Both the position numbers and the translations under genes were made by a program. Positions 47,758 to 57,099 of a stretch of DNA of 64,000 bases are shown here, piece after piece. Source of the stretch: Blastocatellia bacterium (GTDB taxonomy: Bacteria > Acidobacteriota > Blastocatellia > RBC074); the NCBI GenBank assembly GCA_035714085.1, contig DASTMP010000173.1:6170-70169 (forward strand). Reading direction: 5' to 3'. The first letter of the stretch is position 1, and every line of letters begins with the position of its first letter. The notes under the pieces were generated by a model. That model was not told the DNA's origin and ran no database searches. It saw only the letters and a program-made list of their open reading frames with translations.

Positions 47758-48780
47758 GATTAACCCTCCAGAGATTGAAGAGTCACTCAGTGTTAGCCGA
47801 GCGGCTCAGGTGTGTTTACTTCTTGAGTCGCCGCGTCAGGCGCCTCGTTTTTTGAATAGATTTGTCATTGAGAGCAGAAAAAAACGAGAGCCGAAAAAAT
47901 GCATTCCTACGAAAAAGGGGAGCTGGAAAACTTAAATCAATACGAATCAAATTATGTTGATTTTACAATCTACCTGGACCCTTTTCCACTATTTCAGCAA
48001 CGGAGCAAATATTATTCCACCTCGATTGATATAGCCCCCACACCGACCAATTGGAACAATCAGCCCATTTAATTCAATACGGTTATCGTTGATTCAGAGC
48101 TCGAGCATTCAAAATCCCACAAATAGAATTCAGATCGCTGTAGACGCGAACTCGCCGATGAAGTTTTGCGAAAAGGTCGAGCTCAGGGGCGCCGCATAGT
48201 TGTAACCGCCGGTCCCAATCCTGCCTGTTTTTGGCTGTTAACATCCTAGATTTTGAAAGAGAAGGGCTTCTAAATACGAGAATCTAAATAATCATCCATA
48301 ATTTCGTATGCTGAGCCGGGTATCCCACACAACCATTTAAGGAAAACCAAGCCTAAATCGTTGATACTAATGACTATCTCTTAAGTGTGAAAGGAATCCA
48401 GGCTACTGGAATAATGATTGCAGGATAAAGACGCTGGGCGATTGTCAGATCATCGCCCAACATTCACGGCACCCAGGTGAAGGCCATATGCTGTGACAAG
48501 ACTCACCAGGCGAATGTCAAGACCACAAAAACGAGAGTAGGGTCAGTGAATGAGCGCTGACCGGTAATTTTAAACCTCAAAGATAAATCTGAATTTTCAC
48601 TGCTATCAGTATGGCTGTTAATCCGGCCGATCAACATTCGCAAGTTCAAGTGAGGTCAGTTTTCAAAATGTTGCCGGCGAAGCTGTATCCCCAACTTTGA
48701 ACGCGGTCGGCAAAAGTAACCGAGTCTGACGGCTCCGGAAACCACCAGGAGCCATTAACCCCAAAAACAGGAGTAAAGTT

Positions 48781-51700
48781 ATGAAAAACATTCTTTCCCA
48801 GCGATGCTTTGCTAGGCTCATGCTCAGCGCGCTTCTGGGCGCCGTGCTCGCTGTCGTAGCGGCGTTTGGTCAGGAGAACACGGGCGCTATACGTGGGACG
48901 ATCAAGGACGCAACTGGCGCCGCAATCCCAGGCGCGAAAGTCACAGCCTCGAGCGCGTCTCTGGTGCGCTCTATTGACACAACGAGCGACAAAGAAGGCG
49001 CCTATCGCTTTCCTAAATTGCCGGTTGGCGCCTACACCATTACTGTGACTCAGACAGGCTTTAAGACCACCAAGAATGAAGACATCAATCTGGTGCTTGG
49101 CAGTGAGTTGACGTTGGACATCACACTCGCCACCGGCGCTGTTGCCGAATCGGTCACTGTCAGCGCCACGTCAGAGGCGATTGACGTCACCTCCAGCAAG
49201 AGCGCTACTAACATCACTGAAAAATTCATTGAGGAAGTGCCTAAAGGACGCTCATTCAATTCACTGCTTCAGGTCGCTCCCGGCGTGGTGTTTGATATGA
49301 GGGCAGGCAGCATTGGTGGCGGCGCGACCGGCACCTCTGGCAACAATCCGCCCGGCGGCGTCGGCGGATATTCAGTCAGCGGGTCGAGCGGTTCGGAGAA
49401 CGCCTTCATCATTGATGGCGTCGAAGTCTCGAACGTGCGTAACGCCGCGCTCGGTCGTGAAAGCGCGATCCCCTTCGAGTTCGTCCGCGAAGTGCAGGTC
49501 AAGAGCGGCGGCTTTGAGGCCGAATACGGCGGCGCCACGGGCGGAGTGATCAACGTCGTCACTAAGAGCGGAGCCAATCAATTCCACGGCGAAGGCGCTT
49601 TGCTCTTTACCGGCGCCGGCCTGAACTCGAGTCCGCGCGGCGCATGGCAGCGCGATCCTGACGTGGCCTCGCGTCCGGAATTCTTCCGCCAGAAAGAGGA
49701 CGAATACCGTACCTTATATCCTAGTTTCCAGCTCAGCGGCCCGATCCTTCCGGATCGCCTGCATTTCTATACAAGCTACGCCCCCGAGATTACTCGTACT
49801 GAGAGGTCGGTCAATTTCCGCCCCTCACCCGCTTTCCCGAGCGGTATACAGAAGACGAGCACAAACCGCCTACTCCGTCACTACGGCATTGCGCGACTAG
49901 ATTACGCGCCGTCGCAGAAGATTCAGGTCAATACCTCGTTCTTGTGGACGCCGATTCGCAATACCGGCCTGCTCACCGGCGTTGACGGTCGTACGCCGCC
50001 TCCCACCAACGACCTCTCTATCGGTGGCGGCTATACGCCGGCGAAGGCTTATACGTCATCGTTCACCTACACCCCGACCTCGAATTTGATTTTGAGCGCC
50101 CGCTACGGGTACAAGTATCTCAACGATAAGGGGAATACTTACGGCCTGCCGAGCGGAACCCTCTTGCTTTATCAACGGGCGACATCCGGGGCGGCCTACT
50201 CAGGACCGCCAGTTCCGGACCAGTTCGCGGGAAATGCTGGATTCCAGAACATCAGCAATCCCTTCCAGGTCATCAGGGATACGACGACGCGTCATAACGT
50301 CTACCTGGACGGCTCTTACATCACGCGGCTCTTCGGTCAACAGCACACATTCAAGGGCGGCTATGCGTTGAACCGCATCGCCAACGAAGTGGTTGACGAC
50401 TACCCCAATGGCAGGTTTGACATCTACTGGGGTGAGGGCTTCACGCGTGGCTCGTTTGTCGGCGCGCGTGGCACGTATGGCTATTACATTTGGGAAGATG
50501 GAATTCGCCACAACAACGGCGCCAACAGCCGTAACCAGGGCTTCTACTTCCAGGATCAGTGGCAACCTCATCCGCACGTGACCATCAACGCCGGACTCCG
50601 CATCGAAAACGAGTTCCTGCCGCCGTTCACCAAGACGGCTGCAAACGGCGCGAAGATTCCGAACCCTATCCGCTTCGGCTGGGGTGATAAACTCGCTCCC
50701 CGCTTCGGCGGCGCCTGGGACGTCCTCGGCACCGGCAAGTGGAAAGTCAGCGCCAGCTACGGGGTGTTCTTCGACACTTTGAAGTACGAATTGGCGCGTA
50801 GTTCGTTCGGCGGCGATTACTGGCACGAGCGCGTCTATAAGTTGGACACCCTCAACCTCAGCGGATTGTCGAAAACGACGCCGGACGCCGGTGGCGCGCT
50901 TCTTATTGACATCGACAATCGCGTGCAGGCGGTCAATGCCCAGGGCGAACTCGAGGGCATCGACCCTGGCATCAAGGCGACGCGCTCTCGCGAATTCACC
51001 ATTGCGACAGAGCATCAGCTCGGCTCGCACTTTGTGGCTTCGGCGCGCTACACGCGCAAGCGCCTCAAATATCCGATCGAAGACGTCGGCATCCTGAATG
51101 AAGAGGAGAGCGAGGTCTACATCATCAGCAATCCTGGGTACGGACTTCGGAATACGGACATCACGGAGTTGAATGGCCAGACCATCAATCTGAAACCCGG
51201 GCAATCGCTGTTCCCCAAGGCCCTGCGCAACTATGACGGCATCGAGTTCCGCATCGAGCAACGATTCTCGTCCGGCCCGCTGCGCAATCTCACCTACAAT
51301 GCGTCGTATATTTATAGCCGTCTCTACGGCAACTACGCAGGTCTTGCCAACTCCGATGAAGCCGGCCGCTCGCAGCCGAACGTCAGCCGGGCATTCGACC
51401 AACCGTACGGCAATTTCGATCAGAATGGGATGAACGTCTACGGATTGTTGGCCACCGATCGCCCGCACGTGTTCAAACTCTATGGCAACTATGATTACAC
51501 TTGGAAGCCGGGGACGACCAGTTTCGGCCTCCAACAGTTCATCTTCAGCGGAACGCCGCTTAGTTCCGAAGTACTCGCCTTCGTGCCGGTTTTCTTCAAC
51601 GGTCGCGGTGATCTGGGCCGGACGCCGACCTTTACCCAATCCGACGTCCGGGTCGCGCACACCGTCAAGTTGTCAGAAAGGGTCCAGGCGATAGTTGATG

Positions 51701-51942
51701 CGAACATCATCAATCTCTTTAACCAGGGAATCGTGGCTACCGTTACTACGCGCATAAATCGCAACGGCGCGATCCCCGCGGGTACTGCCGCTACCGACCC
51801 ACTGTTCTTCGGCGGATTTAACACATTGTCGCTCATCAATTCGCCGACCGGCGCCGCGCCGGCCTTGAACCCGATTTACAACTTGCCGAGCGGATATCAG
51901 GGACTGCGTGAGATCCGCCTGGGCTTCCACCTCAGATTCTAA
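48781..51942 (+). CDS. TonB-dependent receptor-like outer-membrane protein with N-terminal carboxypeptidase-regulatory-like domain
   Basis: Motifs are GAIRGTIKDATGAAIPGAKVTA, ENAFIIDGVEVSN and the C-terminal ...RLGFHLRF. Confidence 0.8.
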   Translation: MKNILSQRCFARLMLSALLGAVLAVVAAFGQENTGAIRGTIKDATGAAIPGAKVTASSASLVRSIDTTSDKEGAYRFPKLPVGAYTITVTQTGFKTTKNEDINLVLGSELTLDITLATGAVAESVTVSATSEAIDVTSSKSATNITEKFIEEVPKGRSFNSLLQVAPGVVFDMRAGSIGGGATGTSGNNPPGGVGGYSVSGSSGSENAFIIDGVEVSNVRNAALGRESAIPFEFVREVQVKSGGFEAEYGGATGGVINVVTKSGANQFHGEGALLFTGAGLNSSPRGAWQRDPDVASRPEFFRQKEDEYRTLYPSFQLSGPILPDRLHFYTSYAPEITRTERSVNFRPSPAFPSGIQKTSTNRLLRHYGIARLDYAPSQKIQVNTSFLWTPIRNTGLLTGVDGRTPPPTNDLSIGGGYTPAKAYTSSFTYTPTSNLILSARYGYKYLNDKGNTYGLPSGTLLLYQRATSGAAYSGPPVPDQFAGNAGFQNISNPFQVIRDTTTRHNVYLDGSYITRLFGQQHTFKGGYALNRIANEVVDDYPNGRFDIYWGEGFTRGSFVGARGTYGYYIWEDGIRHNNGANSRNQGFYFQDQWQPHPHVTINAGLRIENEFLPPFTKTAANGAKIPNPIRFGWGDKLAPRFGGAWDVLGTGKWKVSASYGVFFDTLKYELARSSFGGDYWHERVYKLDTLNLSGLSKTTPDAGGALLIDIDNRVQAVNAQGELEGIDPGIKATRSREFTIATEHQLGSHFVASARYTRKRLKYPIEDVGILNEEESEVYIISNPGYGLRNTDITELNGQTINLKPGQSLFPKALRNYDGIEFRIEQRFSSGPLRNLTYNASYIYSRLYGNYAGLANSDEAGRSQPNVSRAFDQPYGNFDQNGMNVYGLLATDRPHVFKLYGNYDYTWKPGTTSFGLQQFIFSGTPLSSEVLAFVPVFFNGRGDLGRTPTFTQSDVRVAHTVKLSERVQAIVDANIINLFNQGIVATVTTRINRNGAIPAGTAATDPLFFGGFNTLSLINSPTGAAPALNPIYNLPSGYQGLREIRLGFHLRF

Positions 51943-51983
51943 GCTTTGTCCCGAAAGGCATCGAGCTTAGCAATATGATAATG

Positions 51984-52024
51984 AAATGGGCGGTCCATTC
52001 GTGTGAATGGGCCGCCCATTTTTA
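51984..52024 (+). terminator. Rho-independent terminator between convergent genes
   Basis: Stem aaatgggcgg(tccattc) at 51984-52000 pairs with (gaatgg)gccgcccattt at 52005-52021, with one mismatch, and runs into a T tract (catttttat). Confidence 0.7.
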
Positions 52025-52054
52025 TGCCGCTCGAACGCCGGTTCGGGCCGGCAA

Positions 52055-53029
52055 TCAACGCTTGGCTTTGTCTTTCGCCTTCAACTTCTCGATCAGGCTT
52101 TTGACCTGCTCACGATCCTTGATGTCCGTCGCCTCTTTTAAATAAAGTTCAAGTTCGCGCCACGCCTCCTGATACCTTTCCTGTTTGTTGAAAATCCCGG
52201 CAAGGTAGAAATGGGCTTCAGCCACGCTGGCGCCGCCCAACTGCAACGCCTTTTTAAATGCGGCTTCGGCCCGATCCAGCGCGCGATTATTTCCGTTAGC
52301 CAGGCCAAGCATCATATGGACGTTGGCGTTATTCCCATCCTCCTCGGCCGCTTTCTCCAACAATTCGACGGATTCGGCAAAACGGTTCAGTTTTAAATAC
52401 GCGACTCCCAAAGCGTAAAGACTCTTAGGGGCGCGATGATTCACTTCCATAGCGTGGGTTAAGACCGGCAAGGCCAACTCAAATTCTCCGCGCTTGACGT
52501 GTTCGGCGCCGAGCAATTCCAAGGCGTCGTAGTAATCGGGGAATATTTCGATCGCTTTCTTGAGCGCCGTGATGCCAGGTTCCGGCTTATTACTTTTCAG
52601 GCTACTCAAGCCGCGTTCGTACTCGGCGCGCGCCGCTTCCGGCACACGCTGCGCGAAAACCGTGTCGGATTTGGCCGGAACTTCCTTCCCCTTCTTGAGT
52701 TTGAGGATGAATTCAATCGGGTAGGGCTCCGAACCTGTTCCCCGAACGCGAACCGCTTGCAAGTCATGCGTCTGAATTTGCTCCTCGTATGGCGTTCCGG
52801 TCGTCTCGACATGGAACTGGTATCTACCCGAGCGTAGACCTGAGAGCTGAAAGCGCCCTGAATTGTCGACGAAGAGCGTGCGAATTTGCTGGAAGTTCTC
52901 GTCGGAAACCGTCACCCGCACGCCTGTTACAAACTGGCCTGCCTGATCCCGCACATTGCCTATAATCGTGAAAGTTTGAGGCGCGGAAAAATAGAGGGCA
53001 AGGCTAATTAAGAAAATCGGCAAGGTCAT
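52055..53029 (-). CDS. Secreted CarboxypepD_reg-like domain + TPR repeat protein (paralogue of 43375-44382)
   Basis: The architecture matches the paralogue (IIGNVRDQAGQFVTGVRVTV...SGRFQL followed by TPRs). ATG 53029 lies 7 nt after GGAGG, and the ORF-track start 53035 is TTG. Confidence 0.7.
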   Translation of the reverse strand: MTLPIFLISLALYFSAPQTFTIIGNVRDQAGQFVTGVRVTVSDENFQQIRTLFVDNSGRFQLSGLRSGRYQFHVETTGTPYEEQIQTHDLQAVRVRGTGSEPYPIEFILKLKKGKEVPAKSDTVFAQRVPEAARAEYERGLSSLKSNKPEPGITALKKAIEIFPDYYDALELLGAEHVKRGEFELALPVLTHAMEVNHRAPKSLYALGVAYLKLNRFAESVELLEKAAEEDGNNANVHMMLGLANGNNRALDRAEAAFKKALQLGGASVAEAHFYLAGIFNKQERYQEAWRELELYLKEATDIKDREQVKSLIEKLKAKDKAKR

Positions 53030-53382
53030 AAGCAAACCTCCATAAGATTGATTCCATAAGTATTATGCGCCAGAGTGTTTGGAAAGTTTTTTTCGAATAG
53101 CCGCATTTTAGTATTATGCTTTTGACAGCAGGTTAACGAAATCAACCTGTTCCGATGAGGCCACTCCGTGTCGCAGGACGGCCAAGACTTTTGCCACATC
53201 ATTCTTCTGCGGCGCCTCACCATCGAGCCAGATGGGGAACCGTTTTTCTGAAAATTTCTCTCGGCTTAGATTTACCCGGAAGTATACACTTTGGCTCTCA
53301 TTTATCGTAGACTTAGCGGTCGCGATTCACGGTTTCGCGGCGCGGAAGTCGCGGGAGGGCAGGACCGACGAATCTCCCCATT

Positions 53383-53410
53383 TTGACCCATTCCCGATTT
53401 CATGCATAAT
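53383..53410 (+). promoter_or_regulatory. Sigma-70-like promoter candidate (TTGACC-16 nt-CATAAT) for the SPOR gene
   Basis: The -35 is at 53383-53388 and the -10 at 53405-53410, about 45 nt before ATG 53456. Confidence 0.45.
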
Positions 53411-53455
53411 ATTCCGACTCCATAAGCTTGAAGCGTCCCTCTCTCAATCCCAATA

Positions 53456-54622
53456 ATGAGGTTTTACGCAATGATGAGATTCCTACAGAGATCATTCTTT
53501 TCGCTGGCGATTGTAATTATATTGTTCCAGCTGGCGGGCGCGCAGGACGCGACTTATACAGTGCAATTCAAAGCCTCGCCCACCAGAGAGGAGGCCGATG
53601 AGGAAGTCAGACAACTCAAGGCCAAGAACATTTCGGCATATATAGTCAAGAGCGTCGTCCAAGGCAAAGGCGTATTTTATCGCGTCCGGGCGGGGGTCTT
53701 CTCGAGCCCAGGTGACGCGAAGAAATTCGGCGCCAACCTGCAACAGCGCGGCGTGATCTCGGAATTTATCGTCATGGCTTACGAAAAGCCGATTGATGAC
53801 GCCGCGGCCCGCACCACACCGGCAAGCCCTCCTCAGCCGAAGGCGACAGCGAAGGCCACCCAACCTCCTCCCAACAATGCTTCCATCGACGCGCGGCCTG
53901 CCAAACGGACCGAGATTGCGCCTCGCAACAGCGCTCCCAGTGACGCTACAGGCCCGGCTACAGCCGCCGTGAATAAACCCATACCGGAGGCGCGAGTCAA
54001 TCCTCCGGCCAATACCGCGACGCCCCCTGCGGCGAATTCGCCAACCAGGTCGACGCCCACTACGGCGAATAATCCCGAGTTGAGGGCTTCCGTTGGAGAG
54101 GCTCCGGCCGCTACCCCGCCGAGCGGCTTCGCGCGGTTTAGGGATCCGAAAATCGGCTACTCTTTCGATTATCCGGATTACTGGATCGGTCAGCCGCTGA
54201 GCGACAAGGAGGCCAATGAACAGCGCATGAACGCGGGAGCGATGTTCTCATCCCAGAAAGATTCCGCATTCCTCAGCGCCATCTGGAATGAACTCGACAA
54301 GGCCAACAACCTGTCGAACGAAAACGATCTGATTGTCGACGTGATTTTGAGGAGCATGTCGGCGAGCGATGGCATCTCCAAATTGGAAGAGACTGCGCGC
54401 AAGGTAGAGAATCGCGATGGATTGATCAAGACCTATCTGGAGTTGAAGGCTGTTTTTCAAACTCAGGAACAGAGCGCCCCGCTCGATTTTCTGGGTAAGG
54501 CCGTGATCGTCCGCGCCAGCCGTGGCATCCTGCTCGTCGCCACCTTCTACGCGAAAGACGCGGCGCCCGACGTCACCTCCGCCATCGATAAGATCATCGC
54601 CAGCGCCCGCCCGCCGGAATAA
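53456..54622 (+). CDS. SPOR-domain protein with Pro/Ala-rich linker and C-terminal globular domain
   Basis: It has a signal/anchor segment. YTVQFKASPTREEADEEVRQLKAKNISAYIVKSV..GKGVFYRVRAGVFSSPGDAKKFGANL is a typical SPOR fold sequence, followed by a low-complexity P/A/T linker. Confidence 0.7.
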   Translation: MRFYAMMRFLQRSFFSLAIVIILFQLAGAQDATYTVQFKASPTREEADEEVRQLKAKNISAYIVKSVVQGKGVFYRVRAGVFSSPGDAKKFGANLQQRGVISEFIVMAYEKPIDDAAARTTPASPPQPKATAKATQPPPNNASIDARPAKRTEIAPRNSAPSDATGPATAAVNKPIPEARVNPPANTATPPAANSPTRSTPTTANNPELRASVGEAPAATPPSGFARFRDPKIGYSFDYPDYWIGQPLSDKEANEQRMNAGAMFSSQKDSAFLSAIWNELDKANNLSNENDLIVDVILRSMSASDGISKLEETARKVENRDGLIKTYLELKAVFQTQEQSAPLDFLGKAVIVRASRGILLVATFYAKDAAPDVTSAIDKIIASARPPE

Positions 54623-54664
54623 ATAACGCAAGGAGAATGGGAGACAAAGAGGTTGGGATAAGAA

Positions 54665-54702
54665 GGATGGACAGCGGCAGAGGCGACTGCCGCTGTCCAT
54701 CC
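54665..54702. terminator. Perfect 16-bp stem / 6-nt loop hairpin between the SPOR gene and tRNA-Arg
   Basis: The hairpin is ggatggacagcggcag-aggcga-ctgccgctgtccatcc. There is no clear U tract on either side. Confidence 0.4.
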
Positions 54703-54713
54703 CTAATGAATGA

Positions 54714-54787
<74 letters not shown>

Positions 54788-54936
54788 ATATTTTCAATTC
54801 CAGATTGCTGACCTCGGGGAGTTTTTATCACAGCCCTTAATAAAACGGCAACAGGGCATCGGTAGCGGACAATCTATTTTTCGATTCTAGATCCTCAATT
54901 TTCAATCTTCGATCCTCAATACTCAATTCTCAACGA

Positions 54937-55803
54937 TCATTCACTGAGCATCGTCAACCGTCGCCTGTCATATTCCGACTCGCGCGAAAATATGCGTTTG
55001 AACAATCCCTGCCTGCGCGGCTCCATCGACTGTTTGATTTTGTCGATCACCCGGCGCACGGCCTCTTCGCCGGCGGCGATCATTTCAGCGGCTTTCGTCA
55101 GATCTTCGGGGCGGACTTGATCGATCTGCGGGCGGATGACGATGTCGGCGTCGGCGTAAAGGTATTGAACCGCAGTGCGCCCCATCACCGAGAGGGCTTG
55201 CGACATGACGGTGAAGAGGTGAGTGGGCGGCGGGATCGGCAGGTGCTGTGAATTGACATCGACCGCGATCACGAGGTCCGCGCCCATCAACCGCGCTACC
55301 GATGCCGGGATGTGACCTACAAGGCCGCCGTCGACCATCATCCTCCCGTTGACCGTCACCGGCGTGTAAAAGATCGGCATAGCGCAACTGGCCCGAATCG
55401 CCAGCGGCAGGCTCCCCTCCGTGAAGATCACCATCTTGCCGGTTTGAATGTCGGTGGCGACCGCGCCGAACGGGACCCGGGTCTTCTCGAATTCGGTCAC
55501 GGGGAAATGTTTGCGGATGTAATCCTCCGTGCGCTCGCTGTTGTAAAAGCCCAGCTTCGAGATCGTCACGCGACCGAGGTCGTTCCAGCTTATCGTCAAC
55601 GCCATCTGCTCGATCTGGTCGGGTGAAAGCCCCGCGGCGTACGCGCCACCGATCAGCGAGCCGACGCTCGTGCCGGCGATCAGATCAATCGGGATGTCAC
55701 TCCTTTCCAATTCGCGCAAGACGCCGACGTGCGCGCATCCGCGAGCCATCCCGCCGCCGAGCGCGAGACCGACCAGAGGGCGTTTCTTATTGTTTTTCGC
55801 CAT
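54937..55803 (-). CDS. Patatin-like phospholipase
   Basis: Motifs are GLALGGGMARG (oxyanion hole GGxR), GTSVGS (GxSxG) and MVDGGL (catalytic Asp). Confidence 0.85.
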   Translation of the reverse strand: MAKNNKKRPLVGLALGGGMARGCAHVGVLRELERSDIPIDLIAGTSVGSLIGGAYAAGLSPDQIEQMALTISWNDLGRVTISKLGFYNSERTEDYIRKHFPVTEFEKTRVPFGAVATDIQTGKMVIFTEGSLPLAIRASCAMPIFYTPVTVNGRMMVDGGLVGHIPASVARLMGADLVIAVDVNSQHLPIPPPTHLFTVMSQALSVMGRTAVQYLYADADIVIRPQIDQVRPEDLTKAAEMIAAGEEAVRRVIDKIKQSMEPRRQGLFKRIFSRESEYDRRRLTMLSE

Positions 55804-55938
55804 AGACTTCCTTCGTCTTGAACTTTATCGTCAACGCCCTGTGGCGTCGTGGGGCGCATTTTATAGCATTTAAGAAAAAGAATCTCGGATACGAAGAGGA
55901 CAGAGAGACGGAGGGACAAGGAGACTGGGAGACGGGGC

Positions 55939-56031
55939 GACAATGCGACGGGGCGAATCGAAGAAAGGAGTCGCTACTTTCTGTCCCATTCTCCTATTCG
56001 CCCTGTCTCCCCGGCGCCCCGTCGCATTGTC
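55939..56031. repeat. Palindromic element with 17-bp perfect arms (gacaatgcgacggggcg) inside a GA-rich/CT-rich low-complexity block
   Basis: 55939-55955 is the reverse complement of 56015-56031. The flanks at about 55895-56045 are mirror GA-rich and CT-rich runs. Confidence 0.75.
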
Positions 56032-56129
56032 TCTGCTGTCTTGACCGTCCGCGATTCAGTAGGTAATACTGAAGCCCGTGTTTTTTACGTCGCTGCTAAT
56101 CCCCACTCGAATCGGACGACGCGTGGTAA

Positions 56130-56504
56130 ATGCGAAATTCTAAGGAGGCGGGCGTGCACAACATTCCTCGATATTGCTCACTGGACGGCTTCACGGAGTT
56201 GAGCCGCTCGATGGACGGCGTCGCGCTGCGAACGCTCGCTCCTTTCGACATGATCTGCGCCCGCACGCTCAATAACGAATATTTCATCTTCGTCATCGAA
56301 CCCGAAACCGGCAAGGCCCTGGTGCAAGGCGGACGCTATTTCTCCCAACCGATCGAAGCGACGGTCAGCGGCTCGACTTTCGGCGGTTGCATGCTAAAGA
56401 TAGGCTTTCTCGGCGTCGGATTGCGCATGGAAATCTGCGCGGGCGGACAGCGCATCGTCACCTCACCGGTCAAATCTCTCCGCATCGAACATTCCGAAAG
56501 CTAG
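56130..56504 (+). CDS. Hypothetical protein
   Basis: It has an ATG start and protein-like composition. No family was recognised. Confidence 0.35.
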   Translation: MRNSKEAGVHNIPRYCSLDGFTELSRSMDGVALRTLAPFDMICARTLNNEYFIFVIEPETGKALVQGGRYFSQPIEATVSGSTFGGCMLKIGFLGVGLRMEICAGGQRIVTSPVKSLRIEHSES

Positions 56505-56512
56505 AAAAGAAT

Positions 56513-56614
56513 TTAGCCACAGAGGCCACAGAGATCACAGAGGAGAAGCGATGAATGTTGCATGAAGTATTTCTCTCTATCTTCCTCTGTGCGCTCTGTA
56601 ATCTCTGTGGCTAA
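56513..56614. repeat. Palindromic element built from CACAGAG units, filling the convergent intergenic gap
   Basis: Left arm ttagccacagaggccacagagatcacagaggag pairs with right arm cctctgtgcgctctgtaatctctgtggctaa. The outer 12 bp are perfect and the inner units are imperfect. The right end overlaps the VanZ stop codon. Confidence 0.7.
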
Positions 56615-57090
56615 CGAACCTTACTTTTCCGTCGAAAGAACCAAAACAAAACCAGGGTCGTCACGGCGCCCGACGCGTCGATCAGGCTGTCGTAAAACGA
56701 ACCCGTGCGATGGAGTGTGAATGTCTGATGGTATTCATCGAGCAGCGCGTAGAGGAACGCGAGCAGCAATGAAAAGAGCGCCCACCTCCATCGCCAGCGA
56801 GCGCCGGCCCCCGATCGGAAGGCGCGGAATAGCAGAAGCGCAAGAATCGCGTACACTGTGAAATGCCCGGCCTTGCGGATGAAAAAATGTATCCAGTCGA
56901 AGGCTCCCTGCGTGACGTCGGGATAGATGAATCCGACGACATCCCTAAGTAGCGAGCCGGTGTTTTCTCCTGAAAATATGTCGGTCGAAAAAAAGAAGAT
57001 CGCCGACATCCAGATTATCGGCGGCGCCCAGTACTTCAAGGGGCCGCCCATTGCCGATTGCGGCGGCGCCCCTTCAACGTTTTCGATCAT
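56611..57090 (-). CDS. VanZ-family membrane protein
   Basis: It has four hydrophobic segments, and KAGHFTVYAILALLL ... DEYHQTF...R.GS..D...D..G is typical of VanZ-like proteins. Confidence 0.65.
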   Translation of the reverse strand: MIENVEGAPPQSAMGGPLKYWAPPIIWMSAIFFFSTDIFSGENTGSLLRDVVGFIYPDVTQGAFDWIHFFIRKAGHFTVYAILALLLFRAFRSGAGARWRWRWALFSLLLAFLYALLDEYHQTFTLHRTGSFYDSLIDASGAVTTLVLFWFFRRKSKVR

Positions 57091-57099
57091 TCCCTTTGC

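Noticed and set aside
47899-48072. A 57-aa ORF (MHSYEKGELENLNQYESNYVDF…) in the AT-rich spacer
   Set aside because: It has no convincing RBS, and its Asn/Tyr-rich composition is what AT-rich non-coding DNA yields. It is kept only as something ribosome profiling could revisit.
48232-48621. Exact 10-nt repeat TGGCTGTTAA at 48232-48241 and 48612-48621, initially considered a paired operator or sigma-54-like element
   Set aside because: My rough expectation for an exact 10-mer recurring by chance within about 1 kb is of order 0.5, so it is not significant. Neither copy has the GG-N10-GC sigma-54 spacing.
50200-51660. A 486-aa minus-strand ORF inside the third TonB-dependent receptor gene
   Set aside because: It is a shadow ORF. 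The plus-strand frame is continuous for 1053 aa with receptor hallmarks.
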